From positions 1 to 37,589 of the forward strand of contig JBEGVZ010000097.1 in NCBI GenBank assembly GCA_041178085.1: DNA of 37,589 nt, given 5' to 3'. Source of the stretch: Pseudomonadota bacterium. Lineage in GTDB: Bacteria; Bdellovibrionota_B; Oligoflexia; Oligoflexales; RGVZ01. The notes beneath the pieces are model-generated. The model searched no databases. It saw only the letters and a program-made list of their open reading frames with translations, and had not been told where the DNA came from. Both the position numbers and the translations under genes were made by a program. Positions 17,791-27,687 of this stretch are shown here, piece after piece (position 1 is the first letter of the stretch; every line of letters starts with the position of its first letter).

Positions 17791-18768
17791 TTGAACGCCG
17801 TTGCCTCTAAAAATCTTGTCAGGTTTACCTGGCTTTGCCTCGTTTACACGGTTTTCGTGATCGTCTGGGGCGCCTACGTTCGTGCTTCGGGTTCAGGCGC
17901 TGGTTGTGGCAGCCATTGGCCTCTCTGCAACGGGACGGCGATTCCTGCGACACCCTCGAAGGCAACCTTGATCGAGTTTTCCCACCGTCTGACCAGCGGG
18001 CTTTCGCTGGTGGCTGTTGCCGCAATGTTTTTCTGGGTCCGCAAGGTTGCCGCCAGGGGAACCGCCTTTCGCCGTGCGGCCAAGTGGTCCTTCGTGTTCA
18101 TCCTGGCCGAGGCAGGGGTGGGCGCCGTCCTGGTTCTGCAGCGTCTGGTCGCCGACGACTCTTCGCTGGCCCGCGCCGTGGTGATCGCACTGCACTTGGT
18201 CAACACGATGTTCCTGACCGCAGCGATCGCATGGACCGCGCTCGAGGCGAGCACGCCCCGGGAAACTTCGTCACCTGCCGCCGGCTCAGCTCCGTTGGCC
18301 CCGGATTTGCTGTCGGCCGTCCCGGGGGTTCGAAAGGGCTTCCTGGTGCTGGCCGCTGCTTTCCTGCTGGTCGGAGCATCCGGCGCGATCGTGGCCCTTG
18401 GTGACACCCTGTTTCCAGCCAGCAGCCTGGTAGAGGGGATGCGTCAGGATCTTTCCAGCTCGGCTCATTTCCTGGTTCGTTTGCGGGTCATCCATCCCTT
18501 CCTGGCCGTAGCTTTGGCCGTGGCGTTGTGGGTGCGGTTGGGAGCGCTGGAAAAGTTGGGTCATTCCGGTGGTTTGGTGTCCGGGGCGGCTTTTCTAGTT
18601 CGGTTTTTTTTGATGCTGCAGGTGCTGGCAGGCGTGGTGAACTGGCTTCTGATGGCGCCCCACTGGTTGCAGCTGCTTCATTTGGGGCTGTCTAATGCCC
18701 TGTGGGTTTCCCTGGTGGCCCTCATATTTGGCCTGAATCGCATTGCCAAACCAGGCGGGCTCGACTAA
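17791..18768 (+). CDS. ctaA: Heme A synthase (COX15/CtaA)
   Basis: GAYVR..GSG.GC..HWPLCNG, EFSHR, further conserved His, about 8 TM helices; TTG start with GGAGG. Confidence 0.9.
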   Translation: MNAVASKNLVRFTWLCLVYTVFVIVWGAYVRASGSGAGCGSHWPLCNGTAIPATPSKATLIEFSHRLTSGLSLVAVAAMFFWVRKVAARGTAFRRAAKWSFVFILAEAGVGAVLVLQRLVADDSSLARAVVIALHLVNTMFLTAAIAWTALEASTPRETSSPAAGSAPLAPDLLSAVPGVRKGFLVLAAAFLLVGASGAIVALGDTLFPASSLVEGMRQDLSSSAHFLVRLRVIHPFLAVALAVALWVRLGALEKLGHSGGLVSGAAFLVRFFLMLQVLAGVVNWLLMAPHWLQLLHLGLSNALWVSLVALIFGLNRIAKPGGLD

Positions 18769-18807
18769 ACCGCAGCCCATCTCAAAAAATATTTGCGGGA
18801 GTCCCCG

Positions 18808-21800
18808 ATGGAAGCCAGTTCGCCGAAACCGAAGTCAGCGTTCTTGCACCCGGAAACAGCCTTGGCGTTTGCGCTTGGGATTCTTTCCGCTTCCTGCCTG
18901 TGGCAACCACCTGCCGCCAGGGCGGATTCCGCAGTTAAAACTGCGCCTTGTCCGGCTTTCGAATCGTTGATGGAGCAGGCATCAGCCCCGGCAGAGATTT
19001 CGCCCGGGCAGATGGCGGCGTTGGCCAGCTGCATGGTCCGCCAGGCGACTTCCGACCACCGTTTGATTTCTGAGCTGGCTGGTCGGGTTTCTGCCCTGCA
19101 AGACATCCAGGACATGCCGCGTGACAACGTCGCGAGCGTCTTGCGCCTGACTTCCCGTGCATCTGGCAACGCTGGGCTTGGCTCTGCAGCATTTTTTGCC
19201 GCCGGCGCCCTGATCCAGTCAGCTGAGTCAGCCCGGCTCATCGATTCCCCGCAAGGTCGTCGTCGCGTGAGCGCCGCATATCAAGAAGTTGCGGATTTTT
19301 CGCGGGCGGCAGTGGACACACTCGGCAGCATCGGCCCGTCGGACGATGTTGCTCTGAGTGATGCTGGACAGAAGCTGGCGGGGCGCGTGTCGCGCGTGTC
19401 CGCTTTCGTGGCCCATGTGGCAAAAATGGCGGCTACTTCTGCACGTCGTGACCTGGCGGCCAGCGTGACCGTGCGGGCAAAGTCGTTCGTGCGGCGTTCG
19501 GGAATACCATCGGCGGCTGCAGTCAGTGTCGATCCTGCTGCCGCTGCAGAAGCGGTTGCCGAACTGGACGCGCTGGCATCAGCTGCGAACGAATTTTCCA
19601 ACCGCGTGATGGACGACGGAGCCACCCCAGACGTCGATGGCTGGCTGGCAGATTTTGACCGCCGCATGCTGTCAGCTGTGCGCAAAATTTCTCCTGATGC
19701 GGGATCGGTTGGTGAAGCGATCGGTGCGTGGCATGGCTCTTTGCGCCAATTTCACGACAACCCCGCAGATGGCAGTGCCAAGGCGCTGGCACCGGAAGTT
19801 TTGGTTGAACTTGCGCCTGACCAGATGCGTTCGGAACTTTATGAAACCACCGAGGCCTTGCGCCGGGTGATTCCGGAAGTCCGCGCGCAGGTCGTGAAAT
19901 CGAGCGGTTTGATTGACCGGTCGATGTTTGGTCATACGTCAGAGGCCCTGGCTGCTTTGACGCTCACCGACCAGGTGCTGAGCGGCGCCGGTTTGCGCGT
20001 ACGCCGCTTGACCGATCCGGAGTCTTTGCAACGTGCGTGGGAATCGCGCCACTTGCTGAAACTGCTTGTGACCTGGACGCTTGAGGCAAGCGCAGGCAAG
20101 TCACGAACCACGTCACGCATTACCAATGTGCTGGCTTCCGCAAGTTCCCGCCTGACGACACCCGATACGGTTTTCCTGCGCATGGAAGACCTGCACGAGT
20201 TGCACGGCATTATTGAAGACCAGAATTCCGAGAACTGGGTTCGTGCATTCGTCAATCGCCGCATGGCCGTGGTCTATGCGCAGTCGGCGTTGCTGCTTGG
20301 CGAAGCGATCGCGGTGCCATTCACGTGGGGTGGTTCTGCCGCCGCAATGCCAGCGACCTTGCACGCGATCGTGGTCGGGTTGCAGGTGGCCGGCAAGGCG
20401 ACCTTGATTGTGACTTCTTCGATGAACATCTCCGACCGCTATGTCCAGGACGGGGTCAAAGGCCTGGTCAACCCTTCATCTGCGCTGGATGCATTGACGA
20501 TCGTCATGCTCCTTCCCCGACCCATTCCCGGTCCAGTGGACGCCCAGACGTGGTTTGGCCGCGCATTGCAAGCCACGCGCAACAAGGCGGCTGGATGGAT
20601 GCACGAAGCAGGTCGTTTCGCCGTGGTTGGTCACGCCGCATTCGGCACATGGCAGCTTGCCTTTGCCGAGCACATTGCGGGCACGCTGCGCCAGCAAGGG
20701 TATCAGGCCACCGCTGCCCAGGTGCGGATGCAGGCCCTTGGTCACTTCGGTCAGGCTTTCTTGCTGGGTATGGTCGAGTGGGGTGAATACCGTCGCGGAC
20801 AGGCCCTCGGGGGGGATCATTTCGACACGGTGATGCGCGACAACAATCCGATTCAGGTGATCGGGCGTCGGCTACGCAACATGGTGTTTCCGCATGAGGC
20901 GGCAATCAACACCTTCAACAGCCTGGCCCCGGTGATTGGCAGGCCTCTGGCTGGTGCCGCTGCGCTGGTTCCGGCAGCCGGTTACCTTGCTTACGATTAC
21001 GTCATCGCCAGCGAGGCAATGGTGTATTTCTACGCGGGCTCGGATTTTAGTTATTTTGCCCACAATCGCAGGAACGAGGATTATCCGGCGCTGGCCGATG
21101 GTGAGTCCGCGGTGACCTTCGTTGGTTTCGACGAGGCCGACATGCTTCACGCCGGGTCCCATTCGGTTGATGCGCATACGGTTGAGCGGGAAAAATATGG
21201 TGACCGTTATTTTGTGTACGACTACGCCTCGCGCGAAGATTTTCTACAGAAACTGGCCGCACACGCACGTGCGCACGGTCCCGTAAAATACCTGCGGATC
21301 ATGACCCACGGCCTGCCCGGCAAGCTTTATACGGGTGACGTCGCGACTTCTGCTGCCGTCGACGACACCAACGGTGCCAATGACACCGCGCAACGTGATG
21401 GCTGGATCGATGCCGGTTGGTTGCGCAAAAACGGCGACCGCATCCGGACGTTGGCAGGGTCTGCCATGGCCCCCGGCGCTCGTGCGGTTCTTTTTGCCTG
21501 CCTGGTCGGGGCGAATATGGACGACGCGGCACCTGGGATCGCTGCCGATGCAGGCGATGACTTCTTACGTGCAATGGGCGAAACGCTGCTGCATCGCGGT
21601 GGATTGATTGATTCGTCGGTGCGCTTCCTGGTCGGAATGGACACGGTCTTCGGTGGACTTTTCAACTGGTCCGCGCGTGATGAGCTGATGCGCAGCGGCT
21701 CGGTCGTTCGCCAGAATCCATTGCTGCCATTGCAGCTTTACCGGACCGGGGGCGATGGCCGGTTGGTGCGCGACGAGGCCTTGCGTGACCAGATGGCAGG

Positions 21801-22068
21801 TGCGATCTTCTCGGCGGCGTCAGGTGAGGGGATCGTTGCGGCTGGCGACAACGCAGGCAGTGACTGGGCAAAGGGGGGCGAAATGTTCCAATTTGCGGTG
21901 GCACGCATGTGGCGCATGTTGACCCAGCTGCACAAACTCGGTATCCGCTACGGCATCCAGTTGGAAGGACCCTGGTGGTCCACACCGCGCTACAAGCATG
22001 CGCGGGTGACGCCTGTGCCGGGGGGCATGGGTCCCGATGCGGTTGAAATCCAGATCACCTCATTTTGA
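18808..22068 (+). CDS. Large exported hypothetical protein with C-terminal DUF4347/caspase-like domain
   Basis: 1086-codon ORF; signal peptide, helical N-terminal half, central hydrophobic helices, LRIMTHGLPG and VLFACLVG motifs. Confidence 0.7.
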   Translation: MEASSPKPKSAFLHPETALAFALGILSASCLWQPPAARADSAVKTAPCPAFESLMEQASAPAEISPGQMAALASCMVRQATSDHRLISELAGRVSALQDIQDMPRDNVASVLRLTSRASGNAGLGSAAFFAAGALIQSAESARLIDSPQGRRRVSAAYQEVADFSRAAVDTLGSIGPSDDVALSDAGQKLAGRVSRVSAFVAHVAKMAATSARRDLAASVTVRAKSFVRRSGIPSAAAVSVDPAAAAEAVAELDALASAANEFSNRVMDDGATPDVDGWLADFDRRMLSAVRKISPDAGSVGEAIGAWHGSLRQFHDNPADGSAKALAPEVLVELAPDQMRSELYETTEALRRVIPEVRAQVVKSSGLIDRSMFGHTSEALAALTLTDQVLSGAGLRVRRLTDPESLQRAWESRHLLKLLVTWTLEASAGKSRTTSRITNVLASASSRLTTPDTVFLRMEDLHELHGIIEDQNSENWVRAFVNRRMAVVYAQSALLLGEAIAVPFTWGGSAAAMPATLHAIVVGLQVAGKATLIVTSSMNISDRYVQDGVKGLVNPSSALDALTIVMLLPRPIPGPVDAQTWFGRALQATRNKAAGWMHEAGRFAVVGHAAFGTWQLAFAEHIAGTLRQQGYQATAAQVRMQALGHFGQAFLLGMVEWGEYRRGQALGGDHFDTVMRDNNPIQVIGRRLRNMVFPHEAAINTFNSLAPVIGRPLAGAAALVPAAGYLAYDYVIASEAMVYFYAGSDFSYFAHNRRNEDYPALADGESAVTFVGFDEADMLHAGSHSVDAHTVEREKYGDRYFVYDYASREDFLQKLAAHARAHGPVKYLRIMTHGLPGKLYTGDVATSAAVDDTNGANDTAQRDGWIDAGWLRKNGDRIRTLAGSAMAPGARAVLFACLVGANMDDAAPGIAADAGDDFLRAMGETLLHRGGLIDSSVRFLVGMDTVFGGLFNWSARDELMRSGSVVRQNPLLPLQLYRTGGDGRLVRDEALRDQMAGAIFSAASGEGIVAAGDNAGSDWAKGGEMFQFAVARMWRMLTQLHKLGIRYGIQLEGPWWSTPRYKHARVTPVPGGMGPDAVEIQITSF

Positions 22069-22084
22069 AAGAGGCAGGAATCCT

Positions 22085-22381
22085 TTGAGCGCCCTGAGCG
22101 GAAAACAGATTAAATTTCTTCGTGGCCTTGCCCATGAGTTGAACCCGGTGGTGCAAGTTGGCCAGAGCGGGATGACAGAAGGCTCCGTAAAGGAGATCCG
22201 GCGCTGCCTTGAGGATCACGAGTTGATCAAGATCCGGGTGGCCTGTGATGACCAAGAGGCATTCCGGGAAATCCTGGCTGAAGTCGAGTCGGCTTGCGGC
22301 GCATCGACAGTGCAGACGATCGGACACACGGTGGTTCTGTATCGCCAGGCCCGCAAGCCAAAAATCATCCTGCCTGTTTGA
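22085..22381 (+). CDS. yhbY: Ribosome assembly RNA-binding protein YhbY (CRM domain)
   Basis: LSGKQIKFLRGLAHELNPVVQVG, HELIKIR, VQTIGHTVVLYR; TTG start with GAGG/AGGA. Confidence 0.93.
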   Translation: MSALSGKQIKFLRGLAHELNPVVQVGQSGMTEGSVKEIRRCLEDHELIKIRVACDDQEAFREILAEVESACGASTVQTIGHTVVLYRQARKPKIILPV

Positions 22382-22427
22382 ATTTCTCATTAATTTCCTG
22401 GCGTTACGCTATCCCACTGGCGTGACC

Positions 22428-22455
22428 TCAAGGATTTTCCTGAAATTTCCGATAG
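22428..22455 (+). promoter_or_regulatory. Sigma28/FliA-like promoter candidate
   Basis: TCAA-N16-TCCGATAG upstream of the lipoprotein gene at 22501. Confidence 0.35.
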
Positions 22456-22500
22456 TTGCTGGGTATTCTTTCACTCACTCACGAACTTACGGAGACGGTG

Positions 22501-23016
22501 ATGAACCGGTTTTCCATCTTGTTGACGGGTTTGTTCCTGGTCGCAGCTTGCTCAGATTCCAAGTTCAAGGGGTCAGGCAAGCAGGCCAGTATGGATGCAG
22601 CGGCATGTCCCAAGGGCGTGGAAGAAGTCAGGCCGCCGATGCCGGAAGAAGTCCGCCAGTGCTGGCAGGGTGGGCATCTTTACAAGACATCAGGCGGGGC
22701 TGGGTGCTCGGGTATCGAGACGATTGTACCGGGGTGCGAAACCCCGGAAGCGGCAAAGGCTCTTGCAGTTCGGAAGGTTAGCGTCGAAGCAGGTGATACT
22801 GTTGCAAACATGGTGAGAGATGGCGGCAAGTTGGTCGGTTGCGGTTATTGGGCGGCCAACAGGGTGTTTTTCATGCAGGTTGAGCATTACAAGCTCGACC
22901 CGTCCAAGAGCAGTGAATGCAAAAAGATTTATAATCCCAGCCTGTTCAGCTACTGCGTTTACGCCGGGGATTCGCCGTCCCCGGAGAAAAACTCCAACAA
23001 GTGCGTCTGGCCTTGA
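22501..23016 (+). CDS. Cys-rich hypothetical lipoprotein
   Basis: MNRFSILLTGLFLVAAC lipobox, eight further Cys, GGAG RBS. Confidence 0.8.
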   Translation: MNRFSILLTGLFLVAACSDSKFKGSGKQASMDAAACPKGVEEVRPPMPEEVRQCWQGGHLYKTSGGAGCSGIETIVPGCETPEAAKALAVRKVSVEAGDTVANMVRDGGKLVGCGYWAANRVFFMQVEHYKLDPSKSSECKKIYNPSLFSYCVYAGDSPSPEKNSNKCVWP

Positions 23017-23058
23017 ACTGGATGGTCGTTGCCATAGCCTTTTTCTTGCCAGCAGGGA

Positions 23059-23090
23059 GGACCCGGTGTTAAGAATCGGGTCCGTTTTTG
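23059..23090 (+). terminator. Possible intrinsic terminator
   Basis: GGACCCG...CGGGTCC stem followed by GTTTTTG, downstream of the lipoprotein gene. Confidence 0.4.
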
Positions 23091-23112
23091 TATTTATGGC
23101 AAGGGGATTCCA

Positions 23113-23277
23113 ATGGCCCGTTCAAGAGCCCGCGACATCATCAAGCTCGTTTCGACCGCTGAAACCGGCTACTACTACACGACCACCAAAAAGAAGGGTA
23201 AGGACAAGCTTGAGCTCAAGAAGTTCGACCCGGTCGTTCGCAAGCACGTTGTCTTCAAAGAAGCCAAGATCAAGTAA
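23113..23277 (+). CDS. rpmG: 50S ribosomal protein L33 (Cys-free form)
   Basis: Manual translation: [54 protein letters not shown] (54 aa, below the ORF-track cutoff); AAGGGG RBS. Confidence 0.97.
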   Translation: MARSRARDIIKLVSTAETGYYYTTTKKKGKDKLELKKFDPVVRKHVVFKEAKIK

Positions 23278-23283
23278 GCGATC

Positions 23284-23976
23284 TTGGTTTCCCACTCCCC
23301 AGACCTGTACCTGAAGCAGCTCCTGCTTGGGCCGATGGAGAACTTTGTCTACCTTCTGGGTAGCAAGTCTTCACGAGAGTGTTTTGTCGTCGACCCCGCG
23401 TGGGATATCCGTGCAATCGAACATGCTGCTGCCGCCGATGGCATGACCATCACCGGTTGCCTGGTTACTCACTACCACCCTGATCATTGCGGCGGACACC
23501 TGTGGGGACACGACATCGAAGGTGTCGCGGAACTTGTCGGCCGCAAGCCTGTCCCCGTTTATGTCAACGCCGAGGAACTCGAAGGAGTCCAGAAGATCAC
23601 CGGTTTGAGCCGTGGCGACTTCAAGCCATGTCGCAGCGGGGATGTCCTGGAGGTTGGCGGCGTCAAAATCACGACCATTCACACGCCCGGTCACACGCCT
23701 GGCAGCCAATGTTTCCTTTGCGATGGTGCGCTTGTTTCTGGTGACACGTTGTTCTTGTCCGGCTGCGGACGGGTGGACCTGCCCGGAGGAAGTTCCGAGC
23801 AGTTGTTCGAAAGCCTGTCCGGCAAGCTGGCCAAGCTGCCGCCCCAGACGACGGTGTACCCGGGCCACAACTACGACAGCAAGTCCTCCGCAAGCGTGGA
23901 TGAACTGCTGAAGACAAACCCCTATCTGGGTGCCAAGTCACTGAGTGACTGGAACCGGCTTTTCCGCCGTTTCTGA
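23284..23976 (+). CDS. MBL-fold hydrolase, glyoxalase II-like
   Basis: VVDP, THYHPDHCGG, HTPGHTPGS, SGDTLF..GCGR, YPGH.Y. Confidence 0.93.
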   Translation: MVSHSPDLYLKQLLLGPMENFVYLLGSKSSRECFVVDPAWDIRAIEHAAAADGMTITGCLVTHYHPDHCGGHLWGHDIEGVAELVGRKPVPVYVNAEELEGVQKITGLSRGDFKPCRSGDVLEVGGVKITTIHTPGHTPGSQCFLCDGALVSGDTLFLSGCGRVDLPGGSSEQLFESLSGKLAKLPPQTTVYPGHNYDSKSSASVDELLKTNPYLGAKSLSDWNRLFRRF

Positions 23977-23977
23977 T

Positions 23978-25735
23978 TCAAGCCTGAAAATGACCTGGTT
24001 GATCGTGCAGGTTGCGGTAAATGCCCTGGCGGGCCATTAGCTCGGCGTGCGTGCCACGCTCGGCGATCTCTCCGTCCCGGACCACCAGGATCTGGTTGCA
24101 ACGTGCGACGGTGGACAGGCGATGTGCGATCACGATCACCGTACGGTTGTTCAGCATCGCATCGATGGCTTGCTGTATCCGTGATTCTGACTCCTGGTCG
24201 ACACTTGATGTGGCTTCATCAAGAATCAGCAGTGCAGGATTCACGGCCAGCGCCCGCGCGAACACCACGAGCTGGCGTTGCCCATGCGACAGGTTTGCAC
24301 CTTGCTCGCGGATCTGGAAGTCCAGTCCGCCCGGAAGGCTCCGGATGAAATCACCGGCACAAACGGCATCGAGGGCGCGGGTCATGTCTTCATCCGCGAT
24401 CCCCTCGCGGCCAAGCGAAATGTTGAAGCGCAGCGTGCCATCGAAGAGGACGATGTCTTGCGGCACGACCGCAACCTGGCGGCGCAGGGAAGCCGGACTC
24501 AATTGCGCAATTTCTTTTCCGTCGATGGTTATGCTGCCCGAATAACGATCGTAAAGCTTTGCCAGCAGCTTGATGATGGTGGACTTTCCAGATCCTGTCG
24601 GTCCCACAAGCGCCAGGCTTTGCCCGGCCGGCAAATCAAAGGACACGCCGCGCAGGACGGGGCGGTCGTTGCGGCTCTCGTAGGTGAAACCGACTTGGTC
24701 AAATCGGACATGCCCGCGGGTGATATGTGCTTCCTCGGTTCCGCCGATGGCATCCTTTGTCTCCAGCAGCCCAAAAATCCGGTCGATCGAAGTAAACGCG
24801 CCCTGCAGCATGGCCATCTTGTTGCCCAGTTGCTTCAGCGGTTCAAACATCTGCTGCACATACTGTACGAACGCCACCAGAACACCGGCCGATACGCCGC
24901 TCGCCAGCAGCGAATCCCCGGATGCCGCGCCCGGGGCCAGGTGGCGGATCGCAAGCCACAGCACCATGCCGGTTGTCATCGCAGAAAATCCGTCAAGAAC
25001 GGCAAACATCACGGCATCCAGCACCACGCTGCGCATCTGTGCATTGCGGTAAGTTTCATTTAATTCGCCAAAGCGGCGTGATGCGTGATTCGACGCCGTG
25101 AGCAGCTTGATGGTCGATGCGCCGTAAAGACATTCCTGGGTGTAGGCGTTCAGGGTAGCGATATGCTTTCGCGCCGAAAGCATTGCATCGCGCAGACCAC
25201 GCGAGAACCAGCGCACGATCACCACCAGCACAGGAATCATCGTGAAGGCGGTCAGCGCAAGGCGCCAGTCCAGGACCAACATGCCGATCATGCAGCCGGC
25301 AAGAACGGCCAGGTCTACCACCGAGGTCAAGACACCCTGGTTCAGGGATTCGCTCAGATTATCAAACTCACTCGTTGCCCGCGTCACGAGCGACCCCGAC
25401 AGGGACCGGTCATGATAACTGGCGGACAATCCGAGCACGTGTGCGATCACGGACTCGCGCATGGCGCGGACCATGCGGTGGACCGCCGATGCAGCGGTTA
25501 CCGTTTGGCCAGTGCGTCCGGCGTACTCCAGGAAAACGGCGGCCAAGTACACTCCACCCATCGATGCCAGGTAGCGCAGGTCGCCTGGGATGATTCCGTG
25601 GTCGATGGTGGCCTTCAGGATGAGCGGCAGGGCAGCCTGGGTCAGGGACACAAACGGTACCAATGATACGGCGATGATAACCAGCGCGCGATTCTGGCGC
25701 AGCCATGGCCAAAGCTTTCGCAGGTCACGGATCAA
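23978..25735 (-). CDS. ABC exporter half-transporter (TMD+NBD), MdlB-like subunit
   Basis: TM domain, GPTGSGKST, degenerate signature LSHGQ, canonical LILDEAT, IAHRLST; TTG start overlaps the upstream TGA. Confidence 0.93.
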   Translation of the reverse strand: MIRDLRKLWPWLRQNRALVIIAVSLVPFVSLTQAALPLILKATIDHGIIPGDLRYLASMGGVYLAAVFLEYAGRTGQTVTAASAVHRMVRAMRESVIAHVLGLSASYHDRSLSGSLVTRATSEFDNLSESLNQGVLTSVVDLAVLAGCMIGMLVLDWRLALTAFTMIPVLVVIVRWFSRGLRDAMLSARKHIATLNAYTQECLYGASTIKLLTASNHASRRFGELNETYRNAQMRSVVLDAVMFAVLDGFSAMTTGMVLWLAIRHLAPGAASGDSLLASGVSAGVLVAFVQYVQQMFEPLKQLGNKMAMLQGAFTSIDRIFGLLETKDAIGGTEEAHITRGHVRFDQVGFTYESRNDRPVLRGVSFDLPAGQSLALVGPTGSGKSTIIKLLAKLYDRYSGSITIDGKEIAQLSPASLRRQVAVVPQDIVLFDGTLRFNISLGREGIADEDMTRALDAVCAGDFIRSLPGGLDFQIREQGANLSHGQRQLVVFARALAVNPALLILDEATSSVDQESESRIQQAIDAMLNNRTVIVIAHRLSTVARCNQILVVRDGEIAERGTHAELMARQGIYRNLHDQPGHFQA

Positions 25736-27687
25736 GCCTTGGCTCCACCGTCAGAACTGCTGCCGATGACCAGCAAGCAAATGTCATCTTTGACGCTACC
25801 CTGGCTGGTGTGGCGCTTGAACTCACTGATGATCGTTTCCTTGATGGCGCGCGGTCGCGTCCCGCTCGGGATGGTGCCCAGCTTGTGGAAGAAAGCGCGG
25901 TGGAATGTGTTACCGCTGCGTGAACGACCATCGACCAGTCCGTCAGTGAACAGGAGCAGGGTGGCACCGGCAGGAAAATCCATCTCGGCGTCCTCCGGTC
26001 TTTGCTGGGTTTCACTTTCCATGCCGAGGATCGGTGCAAGTCCGCCAGTGATTGCCTTCGGAGCAAGTGGCCCCGACGTTCCCGAAGGCAACAACAGAAT
26101 CGGATACTGGTGGCCGGCGTTGGCGACGGTGACTTTGCGTTTGCGGAAATCGATCTTGACCACTGCGCACGTCATCTGCAGGTTGCTCTCACCGCTGACC
26201 TTGGAAAGAACGCTCGCCACCAGGCCAAGGATCTGTGACGGGCTGCGGACGGGGGGCTCTTCCCCGGTCAGCATAAGGTTTTGCAGGGTCTCCAGTGCGC
26301 CGCTGACGGCTGTCGTGATCATGCTCTGGGCAATTCCATGCCCGGTAACGTCGCCCATCAACGCGTAGACGGATTTCTCTGCCGGGGATTCCAGCACGTA
26401 AATCCAGTCTCCACCGACCCGCAGCACGGGTTCGTAGTGGTAGTCGATCTCGGCCCAGGAATTTTGCAACGGGTTGGTCGCACGTTCTGCGGGAAGCGTT
26501 GCGCGTTGCACGGATTCGGCAACCTTGAGCTCCGCAGTCAAGAAAGCCGATTCCCGGATAAACGATTGCCGGATCATTGCCACAGTAGCCAGAGAAGTGA
26601 TCGACTTCACAAGTGCGTGGGTCGGCGGATCCAGGGGCTTGTCAAAGCCAAGCGTGAAATCACCGACATGCCGGTGGCGCGATTTCAGCGCGAACCGGTA
26701 CTTGTTGCTTTCGTCGATCTCTGCCAGGCGCGTCGCGGTTTCAAGGCTGGCTTCTGATGGCTTCAAGTCCAGGATTTGTCCGGCAGCCAGCAGGCGTGGA
26801 ATCGGCTGCTCACCGGGCTCGTTGGTGGAAGAAGACTGCGCCGCGGGCGTGAACGCAGCGACAGAAGCGCCAGCCAGGCGCGCCGTGCTCTTGAGCGCCT
26901 GGTCAATCAAGCTTGCCGTGTCGTGTCCAGAGAAGATATCCATGATCGCCAGATTGAGAAGCTCCAGGCGCTGCCGGTTGTCTTCGAGCGCGGTTTCGCG
27001 GATGGACAGCTCGCGGGCCATGGAGTTCACGCTTGAGTTGATCCGGTTGACTTCCTCTTGCGACGCGGCCGGCAGCTTGAACCGGTAATCCCCGGCTGCA
27101 ATGACATCCAGGCCACTAATGAGGCGGTCGAGTGGTTCCTTCAGGTAGCGCGTCATCAGGCGGCGCGTGCCCAGGTTCACGGCAACGATTGCCGCAGCGA
27201 GGGCGAGCCCCAGGAACCCCAGTGTCTCCATTTGTTTCTCGCGGATTGCGGCCGCAGTGTACCAGATGGTGAGCTGGCCAATCACGGAACCGCCACGCTC
27301 AACGGGCCGTGTCAGGGTCAAGTGCGCATTCTCAAACGACTTGCGCCGTTCGATCATCACTTGGCCGCGCTCGTCGACCAGGCGTGCCCCGGTCACGATA
27401 TCGTATTGCAGGAAGATGCCGATCAAACGCTGGATTTCGCGTTCGTCGATGTTCCAGACTGGACTCGCCAGCACTTCCGTCGCGCTGACGGCGAGTTCTG
27501 CTGCCTTGACGTTAAGGTTTTCGCGGTCGCGAGAGTATGAATAAATGAAGTTAAGGGATCCCAGCAGCAAAAATGCGATGGTAACCAGGACGGACAGGCC
27601 GATGCTGAGGTCACCCGCGACCGTCCGTGTGCGGTTTCCCGGGCCACTACTGGCGTTGTCTATTTCAGCGTTCGCCAACAGGTTCAT
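25732..27687 (-). CDS. Membrane sensor PP2C/SpoIIE (RsbU-type) phosphatase with HAMP and GAF-like domains
   Basis: Two TMs, HAMP (IAAGDY), VGGDW, GDVTGHG, ANAGH, FTDGL, DDICLL; start ATG 27687 preferred over 27828. Confidence 0.9.
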   Translation of the reverse strand: MNLLANAEIDNASSGPGNRTRTVAGDLSIGLSVLVTIAFLLLGSLNFIYSYSRDRENLNVKAAELAVSATEVLASPVWNIDEREIQRLIGIFLQYDIVTGARLVDERGQVMIERRKSFENAHLTLTRPVERGGSVIGQLTIWYTAAAIREKQMETLGFLGLALAAAIVAVNLGTRRLMTRYLKEPLDRLISGLDVIAAGDYRFKLPAASQEEVNRINSSVNSMARELSIRETALEDNRQRLELLNLAIMDIFSGHDTASLIDQALKSTARLAGASVAAFTPAAQSSSTNEPGEQPIPRLLAAGQILDLKPSEASLETATRLAEIDESNKYRFALKSRHRHVGDFTLGFDKPLDPPTHALVKSITSLATVAMIRQSFIRESAFLTAELKVAESVQRATLPAERATNPLQNSWAEIDYHYEPVLRVGGDWIYVLESPAEKSVYALMGDVTGHGIAQSMITTAVSGALETLQNLMLTGEEPPVRSPSQILGLVASVLSKVSGESNLQMTCAVVKIDFRKRKVTVANAGHQYPILLLPSGTSGPLAPKAITGGLAPILGMESETQQRPEDAEMDFPAGATLLLFTDGLVDGRSRSGNTFHRAFFHKLGTIPSGTRPRAIKETIISEFKRHTSQGSVKDDICLLVIGSSSDGGAKA

